From Burkholderiales bacterium (GTDB lineage: Bacteria > Pseudomonadota > Gammaproteobacteria > Burkholderiales > SG8-41): a stretch of DNA of 64,000 nt. The stretch is from the NCBI GenBank assembly GCA_019744975.1, contig JAIETP010000002.1:4631-68630 (forward strand). The letters are read 5' to 3'. How positions within the stretch are numbered: position 1 is the stretch's first letter; each line of letters begins with the position of its first letter. This document shows, one piece after another, positions 20,723-30,392 of this stretch. The position numbers were made by a program, and so were the translations under genes. The notes under the pieces are model-generated. The model made no database searches. It was not told the origin of the DNA and saw only the letters and a list, made by a program, of their open reading frames with translations.

Positions 20723-23700
20723 ATGTTCCTGCCCGAAATTTCCGTCAAACGTCCCGTGCTGGCCACGGTGATGAGCCTGCTGATCGTGCTGATCGGCATC
20801 ATTTCCTTCGACCGGCTGACGGTGCGCGAGTATCCGAAAATTGATTCGCCGGTGGTGTCGGTGCGGACTGTGTACACGGGCGCCAGCCCGCAGGTGATCG
20901 AGTCGCAGGTGACGCAGCCGCTGGAAGACAGCATTTCCGGCATCGAGGGCGTCAAGACGCTGAAGTCGATCAGCCGCGAGGAAGTCAGCCAGATTACCGT
21001 TGAATTCACCAACGACCGCGATCCGGATCTGGCGGCCAACGACGTGCGTGACCGGGTGTCGCGCGCGCGCGAACGCCTGCCCGATGAAGTCAACGAACCG
21101 ATCATCGCCAAGGTCGAGGCCGACGCACAGGCGATCATGTGGCTGCGCCTGTTCTCAGACCGCCATGGTGCGCTGGAAATTTCCGATTATGCCGACCGGT
21201 ATGTCGCCGACCGGCTGAAAACGTTGTCCGGCGTGGCCTCGGTGATCATCGGCGGCGAACGCCGTTACGCAATGCGCATCTGGCTCGATCGCGAACGGCT
21301 GGCGGCTTACGCGCTGACGCCGCAGGATGTCGAAGACGCATTGCGCCGGCAGAACATCGAAGTGCCTTCGGGACGCATCGAAAGCAGCCAGCGCGAGTTC
21401 ACCGTGCTGTCCGAAACCGATTTGCGCACGCCGGAACAGTTCAACCAGCTGATCGTTCGTGAGGTGAAGGGTTATCCGGTGCGGCTGAGCGATCTTGGCC
21501 GCGCCGAGCTGGGTGCCGCGGATGAACGCAATATCCTGCGCGTCAACGGCAATGCCGCCGTGGGCCTGGGCATCGTCAAGCAGTCCACCGCCAATACGCT
21601 GGCCGTGGCGCAGGCGGTGAAGGCCGAGGTGCCGAAACTCGCCGCTGCATTGCCCGCCGGCATGCAGATCGCGGTGGCTTTCGACACATCCGTGTTCATC
21701 GAAAAATCGATCACTTCGGTCTATACGGTGATGGCCGAGGCGCTGGTGCTGGTGGTGCTGGTGATTTTCCTGTTCCTGCGCTCGGTGCGCGCCACGCTGA
21801 TTCCCTTCGTGACCATCCCGGTGTCTCTGGTCGGCGCCTGTTTCCTGATCTGGATCATGGGGTTTTCGATCAACGTGCTGACGCTGCTCGGCATCGTGCT
21901 CGCGGTGGGGCTGGTGGTCGATGATGCGATCGTGGTGCTGGAAAACATCCACCGCCACATCGAGGACGGCATGAAGCCTGTCGATGCGGCTTTGAAGGGC
22001 GGGCGCGAGATCGCCTTTGCCGTGGTGGCGATGACAGTGACGCTGGCTGCGGTGTTCGCACCCCTGGCATTTGCCACCGGCAATACCGGGCGGCTGTTTC
22101 TCGAGTTTGCACTGACGGTGGCCTCGGCCGTCGTGGTGTCGGGGTTTGTCGCGCTGACGCTGACACCCATGATGTGTTCGAAGCTGCTGCGCCGCGAGCC
22201 CGCCCACGGCCGTCTCTACAACGCACTGGAGCGGTTTTTCACGGCGATGTCCTCCAGCTACGAGCGGGGGCTGCGCTGGAGCCTCGCGCACCGCCTGCGG
22301 GTGGTGGCCGCGTTCGCGGTGGTTGCGGTCGCCGGCGGAACGTTGTTCATGACCATCAAGTCCGAACTGTCGCCGCTGGAAGACCGCGGTTTTTTTCTCG
22401 GTGTGATGTCGGGGCCGGAAGGTGCGACCAAGGAATACATGGATGATTACGCACGGGTGTGGGAGCGCATCTACAAGGATGTGCCGGAGATCAGTTCCTA
22501 TTTCGTTGTCGTCGCCCCCGGCCTTGATCGTCCCAACCCGGTGAATTTTGCGCTGTCATTCGTGCGGCTGACGGACTGGAGCGAGCGCAGCCGCAAGACG
22601 CAGGAGATCACCGCGTCGATTGCGCCGAAAATGTTCGCGACCATGCCCGGCGTACTGGCGTTCCCGATCAATCCGCCGTCACTGGGCCAGAGCTTCCGCA
22701 ATCCAGCCCTGCAATTCGTGGTGCAGGGCAATTCGTATGAAGACCTCGACCGCAAGGTCAATGCATTGATGGCGAAGGCGCGCACTTCACCGGCGCTGAC
22801 CAACATCGACAGCGACCTGAAACTCAACAAACCCCAGTTGTCGGTGGACATCGACCGTGAGAAGGCGGCGGTGCTGGGCATCCAGATCGAAACCATAGGC
22901 CGTACGCTGGAAACGCTGCTCGGCGGGCGCCAGGTCACGCGCTTCAAGCGCGAAGGCAAGCAGTACGATGTCATTGTCAAGCTCGAAGACAAGGACCGGC
23001 GCAAACCCACCGATCTGACCTCGATTTATGTGCGCGGTGCGACTGGAAGCGTCACCCAGCTTTCGAACCTGGTCACGGTGCGCGAAACGGTCGCGCCCAA
23101 GGAACTCAACCATTTCAACCGGCTGCGCGCCGCGATCATCTCCGCCAACGTCGCGCCCGGGTATACGCTGAACGAGGCACTGACGGTCATGGAGCAGGCG
23201 GCCGGCGAAGTGCTGACGCCGGAGTACCAGACGGCGCTCGACGGCCAGTCGCGTGAATTCCGCGAGTCCGGTCAGCAGCTCTACCTGATATTCGTGCTGG
23301 CTCTGGCTTTCATCTATCTGGTGCTGGCCGCGCAATTCGAGAGTTTCCGCGGCCCGCTGGTGATCATGCTGACCGTGCCGCTGGCGGTGACCGGTGCGCT
23401 GCTGATCATGAAGCTCACGGGCGGTACTCTCAACGTCTACAGCCAGATCGGGCTGGTGATGCTGATCGGACTGATCACCAAAAACGGCATCCTGATCGTC
23501 GAGTTCGCCAACCAGTTGCGCGACCAGGGCCGCGAAAAAATAGAGGCACTGGCCGAGGCCTGTGCGCTGCGGCTGCGGCCGATCCTGATGACCACGCTGG
23601 CCACCGTGCTCGGTGCGGTGCCGCTGGCTGTTGCGACAGGGGCCGGGGCTGAGTCGCGTTCTGCGATCGGCTGGGTGATTGTCGGCGGCATGAGTTTCGG

Positions 23701-23806
23701 TACGCTGTTCACGCTGTTCGTGATTCCCGTGGCTTATACCTATATTGTTGGTGATCGCGCGCTGCCGGAGGCAGAGGGCGTTCCGGCCCCGGCGTCAGGA
23801 CACTGA
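20723..23806 (+). CDS. RND (HAE1-type) efflux permease
   Basis: 1027 aa with a 12-TM AcrB-like architecture (FSINVLTLLGIVLAVGLVVDDAIVVLENI). Confidence 0.9.
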   Translation: MFLPEISVKRPVLATVMSLLIVLIGIISFDRLTVREYPKIDSPVVSVRTVYTGASPQVIESQVTQPLEDSISGIEGVKTLKSISREEVSQITVEFTNDRDPDLAANDVRDRVSRARERLPDEVNEPIIAKVEADAQAIMWLRLFSDRHGALEISDYADRYVADRLKTLSGVASVIIGGERRYAMRIWLDRERLAAYALTPQDVEDALRRQNIEVPSGRIESSQREFTVLSETDLRTPEQFNQLIVREVKGYPVRLSDLGRAELGAADERNILRVNGNAAVGLGIVKQSTANTLAVAQAVKAEVPKLAAALPAGMQIAVAFDTSVFIEKSITSVYTVMAEALVLVVLVIFLFLRSVRATLIPFVTIPVSLVGACFLIWIMGFSINVLTLLGIVLAVGLVVDDAIVVLENIHRHIEDGMKPVDAALKGGREIAFAVVAMTVTLAAVFAPLAFATGNTGRLFLEFALTVASAVVVSGFVALTLTPMMCSKLLRREPAHGRLYNALERFFTAMSSSYERGLRWSLAHRLRVVAAFAVVAVAGGTLFMTIKSELSPLEDRGFFLGVMSGPEGATKEYMDDYARVWERIYKDVPEISSYFVVVAPGLDRPNPVNFALSFVRLTDWSERSRKTQEITASIAPKMFATMPGVLAFPINPPSLGQSFRNPALQFVVQGNSYEDLDRKVNALMAKARTSPALTNIDSDLKLNKPQLSVDIDREKAAVLGIQIETIGRTLETLLGGRQVTRFKREGKQYDVIVKLEDKDRRKPTDLTSIYVRGATGSVTQLSNLVTVRETVAPKELNHFNRLRAAIISANVAPGYTLNEALTVMEQAAGEVLTPEYQTALDGQSREFRESGQQLYLIFVLALAFIYLVLAAQFESFRGPLVIMLTVPLAVTGALLIMKLTGGTLNVYSQIGLVMLIGLITKNGILIVEFANQLRDQGREKIEALAEACALRLRPILMTTLATVLGAVPLAVATGAGAESRSAIGWVIVGGMSFGTLFTLFVIPVAYTYIVGDRALPEAEGVPAPASGH

Positions 23807-24730
23807 GCGTGACGATTCTGCGACGCAAGTCTGCAGGGCGCGGTCCAGCCAGCCCTTGGCGCTGACCTGCTCGACAAACCACTTCAATGCCTTGCCGCGG
23901 TGCGTCGTGCGCCAGGCGACGTACAGCATCTGGCTGACCTTGGGTTCTTCGGTGCGGCGAATCACCAATTCACCTTTGGCGGCGACTGTGGCGGCCAGGC
24001 ACTGCGGCAGGTAACCCACGCCCAGGCCCATGACCTGTGCCTGCAGCTTGGATGCCGTGTCGAATACGGTCAGCGTTTCCTGTCCCGATATCAATCCGGT
24101 GGTGCGCGGCGGCAGGTTGCGTGAGCTGTCGGCGACGGTGATTGCACGATGTTTCAGGATGTCGTCGCGGGTCAGTGGTTCGGCTGCCGCCGCCAGAGGA
24201 TGTGTCGGCGCGATCGCAAACACCCAGTCGATTTCCCCCAGCGTACGCGTCTGGTAACCACCACCTGCGGGGCCGTCGCCCGATGCGCCGATGGCGAGAT
24301 CGGCGCGGCCCGAAGCCAGGGCATCCCAGCAGCCGCCCAGTACTTCGGTCGAAAATCGCAGGCGGGTGCTGGTGGTCTCGGCATGGAAATCACGCGCGAG
24401 TTCGAGCATCACGGTGGGCGGGATCAGGCCATCGAAGGCGATGCGCAGTTCGGCTTCCCAGCCGGTGGCGACGCGTTTGACGCGGGATTCCAGATCGACG
24501 GCGGCATGCAGCAGGTGGCGGCCTTCGTTCAGCAGCTCATGGCCGGCGGGTGTGAGTTTGGCGCGATGACCGCGGCGGTCGAACAACAGTACGTCGAGGT
24601 CTTCTTCGAGTTTTTGCACGGTGTAGGTGATCGCCGAGGGCACGCGATGCAGTTCGTGCGCGGCGGCGGCGAAGCTGCCTTTGCGGTCGATGGCGTCGAT
24701 CACCAGTAATGCGTCGAGGGAGAGTCTCAT
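23795..24730 (-). CDS. LysR-family transcriptional regulator
   Basis: N-terminal HTH (FAAAAHELHRVPSAITYTVQKLEEDL) and a size of 311 aa. It is divergent from the pirin gene. Confidence 0.9.
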   Translation of the reverse strand: MRLSLDALLVIDAIDRKGSFAAAAHELHRVPSAITYTVQKLEEDLDVLLFDRRGHRAKLTPAGHELLNEGRHLLHAAVDLESRVKRVATGWEAELRIAFDGLIPPTVMLELARDFHAETTSTRLRFSTEVLGGCWDALASGRADLAIGASGDGPAGGGYQTRTLGEIDWVFAIAPTHPLAAAAEPLTRDDILKHRAITVADSSRNLPPRTTGLISGQETLTVFDTASKLQAQVMGLGVGYLPQCLAATVAAKGELVIRRTEEPKVSQMLYVAWRTTHRGKALKWFVEQVSAKGWLDRALQTCVAESSRSVS

Positions 24731-24780
24731 GTTCGATCAAGCCTTGATGCAGTTAAACAATAAATTCTTAGTTATTAATA

Positions 24781-24800
24781 TAACATATTGTTTTTAAATA
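24781..24800 (-). repeat. AT-box copy (ATATTTAAAAACAATATGTT on the minus strand)
   Basis: Motif family, in the LysR/pirin divergent region. Confidence 0.5.
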
Positions 24801-24938
24801 TAAATATAGTTCATAAATTTTGACTGATTTGATCAAATAGTTTCGCTATCAAGTGCCGGCCGGCGCTCCCAGAATGCGTTTCATGCAATACCCGATCAAC
24901 GCAACCGGTAATCAACGCAAATGCAAAAAGGAGAAAAC

Positions 24939-25634
24939 ATGCTGACCCTGCGCAAAAGTGAAGACCGCGGCCATGCCAACCACGGCTGGCTGGATTCGTA
25001 CCACAGCTTCTCCTTTGCCGGTTACCACGACCCCGAACACATGGGTTATGGCCCGCTGCGCGTTATCAACGAAGACCGCGTGCAGGCCGGCTCCGGCTTC
25101 GGCACCCACGGCCATCGCGACATGGAAATCATCAGCTATGTGCTCGAAGGTGGACTGGGCCATGAGGATTCGATGGGCAACGGTTCAACGATCGTGCCCG
25201 GTGATGTGCAGCGCATGAGCGCCGGCACGGGTGTGCGCCATTCCGAATTCAATCACAACAAATCCGGGACGACGCATTTCCTGCAGATCTGGATCGAGCC
25301 GAGGTTCACCGGCATCAAGCCGTCTTATGAGCAGAAGCATTTTTCTGCTGAAGAAAAACGCGGACGCCTGCGTCTGATCGTCTCGCCCGATGGACGCGAC
25401 GGTTCGGTGGCGATGAACCAAGACGCGCTGCTGTATGCCGGCCTGTTTAATGGCGCGGAGCGCGGCGAACTGCGGCTGGACGAAGGACGCCGGGCTTATG
25501 TGCATGTCGCGCGCGGGCAGATCACCGTCAACGGCCAGGTGCTGGGTGCCGGTGATGCGCTGAAAACCGGTGCCGGCACGCTGACACTGGAAAACGGACA
25601 GGCAGCCGAAGTGCTGGTATTCGATCTGCCCTGA
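24939..25634 (+). CDS. pirin-family (cupin) protein
   Basis: RGHANHGWLDSYHSFSF...HGHRDMEIISYVLEG pirin signature. RBS AAAGGAG precedes ATG 24939. Confidence 0.85.
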   Translation: MLTLRKSEDRGHANHGWLDSYHSFSFAGYHDPEHMGYGPLRVINEDRVQAGSGFGTHGHRDMEIISYVLEGGLGHEDSMGNGSTIVPGDVQRMSAGTGVRHSEFNHNKSGTTHFLQIWIEPRFTGIKPSYEQKHFSAEEKRGRLRLIVSPDGRDGSVAMNQDALLYAGLFNGAERGELRLDEGRRAYVHVARGQITVNGQVLGAGDALKTGAGTLTLENGQAAEVLVFDLP

Positions 25635-25646
25635 TTTCTCATAAGT

Positions 25647-25670
25647 GCGGCGTTTCGCCGCTTTTGTTTT
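25647..25670 (+). terminator. rho-independent terminator after pirin
   Basis: gcggcg ttt cgccgc stem-loop followed by ttttgtttt. Confidence 0.7.
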
Positions 25671-25681
25671 AATTGATTTTT
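25661..25681 (-). repeat. AT-box-like copy (AAAAAATCAATTAAAACAAAA on the minus strand)
   Basis: Weaker family member that overlaps a terminator T-run. Confidence 0.35.
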
Positions 25682-25698
25682 TCGGAAAAGGAGATGTC

Positions 25699-26250
25699 AT
25701 GAGTCAGTATCCCATTGCCGTGATTGTCGGCAGCCTGCGCAAGGATTCCTTCAATGCAAAACTTGCTGCCGCGCTGGCGAAACTTGCGCCGGCCGGTTTT
25801 TCATTCAAGCCGGTGCGCATTGATGATTTGCCGCTCTATAACCAGGACGACGACGGCAAACCCGCCGCATCGGTGTTGCGCCTGAAAAAGGAAATCGCGG
25901 AAGCCCATGGCCTGCTGTTCCTGACTCCGGAGTACAACCGCTCGATTCCGGGCGTGCTGAAGAATGCGATTGATCATGCTTCGCGGCCTTATGGGCAGAG
26001 CGTCTGGGGCGGCAAGCCCGCGGGTTTGCTCGGCGTGTCGGTCGGGGCAATAGGCACGGCGCTGGCGCAACAACATCTGCGCAACATTCTTGCCTATCTC
26101 GATGTGCCGACGCTGGGCCAGCCCGAGGTGTTCCTGCAGGCCAAGGAAGGGCTGTTTGATGCGGATGGCGGCATCGGAACCGACAGCCGGAAATTCCTGC
26201 AGGACTGGATGGACCGTTACGCAGCCTGGGTGAAGCAGCACAGCGCCTGA
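25699..26250 (+). CDS. NADPH-dependent FMN reductase family protein
   Basis: IAVIVGSLRKDSFN...LFLTPEYNRSIPGVLKNAID signature. RBS GGAG is upstream. Confidence 0.85.
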   Translation: MSQYPIAVIVGSLRKDSFNAKLAAALAKLAPAGFSFKPVRIDDLPLYNQDDDGKPAASVLRLKKEIAEAHGLLFLTPEYNRSIPGVLKNAIDHASRPYGQSVWGGKPAGLLGVSVGAIGTALAQQHLRNILAYLDVPTLGQPEVFLQAKEGLFDADGGIGTDSRKFLQDWMDRYAAWVKQHSA

Positions 26251-26271
26251 ACGGCAGACCGGAGTGCAACC

Positions 26272-27057
26272 ATGACGACACGTATGCCCGCGCTGTTTGT
26301 TTCACACGGTGCGCCGACACTGGCACTGGAACCGGGGCCGACGCGCGGTTTTCTCGCGCAACTCGGCACCGGGCTCGGGCGGCCCAAAGCCATATTCGTG
26401 GTGTCGGCGCACTGGGAAACGGCGGCGCCTGCGGTCAGCACCGCGCTGCAGCCGGAGACCATCCATGATTTTTACGGTTTCCCGGAAGCGCTGTACCAGA
26501 TGCGTTATCCGGCGCCGGGGGCACCGTTACTCGCCCAGCAGGCGCTGTGGTTATTGACCGAGGCGGGCCTGGCTGCCGCTGCAGTGCCGGATCGCGGCCT
26601 TGATCACGGCGCCTGGGTGCCCTTGCGGCTGATGTATCCGAAGGCGGATATTCCCGTGGCGCAGATTGCAGTGCAGACCCGGCTGGGTCCGGCGCATCAC
26701 TTCAAGCTGGGCGAGGTCTTGCGGCCATTGCGCGAAGAGGGCGTATTGATCATCGGTTCCGGCAGCGCGACTCATAATCTCAGCGAATTCCGCAACCATG
26801 GTTATGATTCGCCGCCGCCGGACTGGGTCAGCACATTCGATGACTGGCTGGCAGAAACGCTTGCCGCGGGACGCACTGCGGATCTGCTGGATTATCGCCG
26901 GTTGGCACCGCAGGCGGCGCGTAATCATCCGACCGAAGAGCATCTGCTGCCCTTGTTTGCCGCTCATGGTGCAGGGACACCCGGAGTGCCGCCGCAACAC
27001 ATCCACAGCGGTTACACCTACGGCGTGATCGGCATGGATGCCTGGCGTTTCGACTGA
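26272..27057 (+). CDS. ygiD: class III extradiol dioxygenase (4,5-DOPA dioxygenase, YgiD-like)
   Basis: MPALFVSHGAPT...SAHW...IIGSGSATHNL...EHLLPLF blocks. Confidence 0.8.
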   Translation: MTTRMPALFVSHGAPTLALEPGPTRGFLAQLGTGLGRPKAIFVVSAHWETAAPAVSTALQPETIHDFYGFPEALYQMRYPAPGAPLLAQQALWLLTEAGLAAAAVPDRGLDHGAWVPLRLMYPKADIPVAQIAVQTRLGPAHHFKLGEVLRPLREEGVLIIGSGSATHNLSEFRNHGYDSPPPDWVSTFDDWLAETLAAGRTADLLDYRRLAPQAARNHPTEEHLLPLFAAHGAGTPGVPPQHIHSGYTYGVIGMDAWRFD

Positions 27058-27133
27058 AACGGACACATTCCGGCTACACTTCAGGTTATCGCCGGTTCGG
27101 CGGAATGCTTTGGCGTAAATCAATCGGATAATC

Positions 27134-28084
27134 ATGGAACAGATGACCAGTCTGCTGGCGCAGCACGGCCTTCTTCTCGTATTCGTCAACGTGCTGCTGA
27201 CGCAGGCAGGTATTCCGGTGCCGGCAGTGCCGATGCTGGTGGTCGCGGGCGCGCTGGCGGCGCAGGGCGAATTTGGCTATATCGCGTTGCTGCTGACTGC
27301 GCTGGCGGCAACGCTGGCCGGTGATGTTCCCTGGTATTTTGCCGGCCAGCGCTACGGTCATCGCGTGCTGCGCACCCTGTGCCGGATTTCGATCGAGCCG
27401 GATTCCTGTGTAAAGCAGACCGAATCCATTTTCGAGCGCTGGGGCGCGCCGTCGCTGATCGTGGCCAAATACATTCCCGGATTTTCAACGGTTGCACCGC
27501 CGCTCGCCGGTGCGATGCGGCTGGGTTTGCCGTCCTTCCTGCTGTTCAGCACGCTCGGCGCCCTGTTGTGGATCGCAGTGCCGGTGGCGCTGGGCGCGGT
27601 GTTCCATGCCGAAGTCGAGTGGGCGCTCGAAAGGTTGACCGAGCTCGGTTCCGGCGCACTGCTGACGCTGGCCGTGGTGGCGCTGCTGTATGCGGGTGTC
27701 AAGGCGATGCAGCGTTACCTGTTCCTGCGCATGCTGCGCGCGGCGAGGATGACCGTGCAGGAACTGCGCGAATTGCTGCAGGGTGAAATTCCGCCGGTGG
27801 TGGTCGATGTGCGCTCGGATGTCGTGCGCAGGCTCGATCCGCGGCGCATACCCGGCGCCATTGCCGTGAACATGGAGAATGCCGCCGCCGCGCTGGAGGA
27901 AATTCCGCCGGACCGCGACGTGGTGGTGTATTGCAGTTGACCCAACGAAGCCAGCGCGGCGCGTGTCGCCCGCATGTTGATGGACCGGGGTTATCAAAGA
28001 GTGCGTCCGCTGGAAGGCGGGCTGGATGCATGGATCGCCGATGGCGGCGAAGTGACTTTTTTTGAGGTTGATATTCGAGGTTAA
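27134..28084 (+). CDS. DedA-family membrane domain fused to a C-terminal rhodanese domain; interrupted by an in-frame TGA at 27938-27940
   Basis: The 268-aa ORF ends ...DRDVVVYCS-TGA. The same frame continues with no further stop as PNEASAARVARMLMDRGYQRVRPLEGGLDAWIADGG to TAA at 28082-28084, which completes the rhodanese fold. Confidence 0.65.
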
Positions 28085-28099
28085 CCAGTGGAGACCGCT

Positions 28100-28705
28100 A
28101 TGCAGGAACGCAAGGCAATGACCAGTGTGCCCATCAACGATCTCGCGGCGCGGCGCTGGAGTCCGCGCGCCTTCGACGCGACGCGGGGTGTCAGCGCTGC
28201 GCAGCAGATGGCCTTGATCGAAGCGGCGCGCTGGTCGCCCTCGTGTTTCGGTGCCGAGCCCTGGCGTTTCCTGGTGTGGAACCGGACGACTGATCCCGCG
28301 GGCTGGCAGCAGGCTTTCGACTGCCTGTCGGAAAACAACCGCAAATGGTGCAAAAAAGTGCCGTTGCTGTTCATGTCCTGCGCCGGCGCTACATTCGAAC
28401 ACAATGGTCAAGCCAATCGCTGGGCACAGTACGACACCGGCATGGCGGCCTTGTCATTGTCGCTGGAGGCGGTGGCTCAGGGGCTGGTTGCGCACCAGAT
28501 GGGTGGTTTTGATATTGCCAAGGCGCGTGCTGCGTTTGCAATCCCCGACGATTTCATGCCGATGGCGATGATTGCAGTCGGCCATCAGGCCGCTGCGGAC
28601 ACCATCGAAGACGAAGAAACGCGGCAGAAGGAACTTAAAGCCCGCGGGCGTAAAGCTGTGGCCGCGCGTTTTTACGCCGGCCGCTGGGGCCATCCCGCCG
28701 GTTGA
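28100..28705 (+). CDS. nitroreductase-family protein
   Basis: RRWSPRAF...EAARWSPSCFGAEPWRF motifs. A GTG at 28088 is an alternative start. Confidence 0.8.
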   Translation: MQERKAMTSVPINDLAARRWSPRAFDATRGVSAAQQMALIEAARWSPSCFGAEPWRFLVWNRTTDPAGWQQAFDCLSENNRKWCKKVPLLFMSCAGATFEHNGQANRWAQYDTGMAALSLSLEAVAQGLVAHQMGGFDIAKARAAFAIPDDFMPMAMIAVGHQAAADTIEDEETRQKELKARGRKAVAARFYAGRWGHPAG

Positions 28706-28726
28706 GGCGGCGGGCCACAGCAGCTT

Positions 28727-29167
28727 TCATGCGGCGGTGGCGGTCTGGCGCGGGGCGATTGTGCCTGAAGCCACTGCGTCCGGCGCTTCGTTGTTGGGGA
28801 AATTGAATTCCAGCATGGTACCCACCGGATCCCGCATGAAGATCTGGTAGCCGGCATCAGCGACGTTCTGCTGTTCGTAGGCCATGCCCATGCGATCCAG
28901 CCTGGTGCGGAATTCCGCCGCGCCGTGTGTCTGGAACGCGATATGGTCGACGCTGCCATGGTGTTTGTCCTGCAGGAAACCTTCCACACAGCGTGCGCTG
29001 ACATGCACCAGCGGATGGTCATCCAGGTAGAGCCAGATGCCGGGGTTCGGAAAATTCGGCCGCGGCCCTTTTTTCAGACCCAGGACTTCGCCGTAAAATT
29101 TTTCGATGGCGGGCAGATCACCCGGTGCACAGCGGATGTTGAGGTGGTGTATGCGATCGATTTTCAT
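28727..29167 (-). CDS. VOC/glyoxalase-family protein
   Basis: IHHLNIRC...VDHIAFQ...DPVGTMLEFNF paired beta-alpha-beta-beta-beta motifs. Confidence 0.8.
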   Translation of the reverse strand: MKIDRIHHLNIRCAPGDLPAIEKFYGEVLGLKKGPRPNFPNPGIWLYLDDHPLVHVSARCVEGFLQDKHHGSVDHIAFQTHGAAEFRTRLDRMGMAYEQQNVADAGYQIFMRDPVGTMLEFNFPNNEAPDAVASGTIAPRQTATAA

Positions 29168-29213
29168 GGTGATTTCAGGGTGGGTTGCCGGTGGGGTTAA
29201 TTTATGGACGCCT

Positions 29214-29233
29214 GTAAGTTATTGTTTTTATTG
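29214..29233 (-). repeat. AT-box copy (CAATAAAAACAATAACTTAC on the minus strand)
   Basis: Identical 13-mer core CAATAAAAACAAT. Confidence 0.7.
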
Positions 29234-29423
29234 AAAAAATAAATTCCGCCATGCCTGTGATGATTACACTCTAATCGGACGCGGATACACACGCAACGCC
29301 GGCGTGCCCGCATTGTGCGAAATCCGACCGCCCCTTAACATGAGGCTGCGCAACACATCGCGAATTTCTACCTGCACAACAATATCAAGGGCGCATGCCC
29401 AATAAGCAAGGGAGGGGATAGTC

Positions 29424-30392
29424 ATGAACCAGGTGTCGAGGTTGGCCGCAATGCTGGTGTTGATGTTCGTCGCCGGCGCAGCTGCCGCGCAGAAGTTTCC
29501 CGAGCGCCCGATCCGCGTGATCGTGCCTTTGCCGCCGGGATCGGCCAGCGATTTTCTCTCCCGTACGCTGAGCGGGCCGCTGACCGAACTATATGGCCAG
29601 CAGGTCGTGGTCGACAACCGGCCCGGTGCCGGTGGACTGATCGGCAGCGGCATACTGGCCAAGGCGACGGGTGATGGTTACACCTACGCGATGGTCGCGC
29701 CGCCGCATACTGTCGCCGCGTTACTGCAGAAAAATCCGCCCTATCATCCGCTGCGCGATTTCACGATGGTCATGGAAGTGGCGTCGATCCCGAACATCAT
29801 CGCCGTCACCCCCGGCCTGCCGGCGCGTAACCTCAAAGAGCTGGTGGCCTTGCTGAAAGCCGATCCGTCGAAGTACAACTACGCCTCGCTGGGCGTGGGT
29901 ACGCTCGCGCATATCGGCGCCGAAATTTTCAATCAGGCGGCCGGTGTCAGAACGGTGCATGTACCGTTCAAGGTGGTTCCCGATGTGTTGAGTGAGACGG
30001 TTTCAGGCCGCGTACATTACCTGGTGTTCACGGTGCCGACGATTTCACCGGTGGTACGTGACGGGCGCCTGCGTGCGCTCGCAGTGACGTCGGCAAAACG
30101 CAATCCGGCGTTCCCGAATATTCCGTCCGTCGTCGAGGAAGGTTTGCCGGCGGCACGCTCCGACGGCTGGTTCGGTCTGCTCGGGCCGGCTGGTGTGCCC
30201 AAAAAGATTGTGGCGCAGCTGGCGGCAGACGTGAAAAAAATCATCACCGAGCCGCGAATCAGGGAGACTTTCGCGAAGCAGGGGGCGGAGGCGGCGGTGG
30301 ATTCAGGGCCGGAAGCTTACGACAAGCTGATGAAGTCCGAGTACGAGCGCTACGTCAAGCTGGTGAAGGACGTGGGGATGCAAGTGCAATGA
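29424..30392 (+). CDS. Bug/TctC-family tripartite tricarboxylate transporter substrate-binding protein
   Basis: Signal peptide followed by the family motif RPIRVIVPLPPGSASD. About 320 aa. Confidence 0.9.
   Translation: MNQVSRLAAMLVLMFVAGAAAAQKFPERPIRVIVPLPPGSASDFLSRTLSGPLTELYGQQVVVDNRPGAGGLIGSGILAKATGDGYTYAMVAPPHTVAALLQKNPPYHPLRDFTMVMEVASIPNIIAVTPGLPARNLKELVALLKADPSKYNYASLGVGTLAHIGAEIFNQAAGVRTVHVPFKVVPDVLSETVSGRVHYLVFTVPTISPVVRDGRLRALAVTSAKRNPAFPNIPSVVEEGLPAARSDGWFGLLGPAGVPKKIVAQLAADVKKIITEPRIRETFAKQGAEAAVDSGPEAYDKLMKSEYERYVKLVKDVGMQVQ

Noticed and set aside
23795-23806. 12-nt convergent overlap between the RND pump 3' end and the LysR gene 3' end
   Set aside because: Short convergent overlaps are common in compact genomes. 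There is no associated structure or motif.
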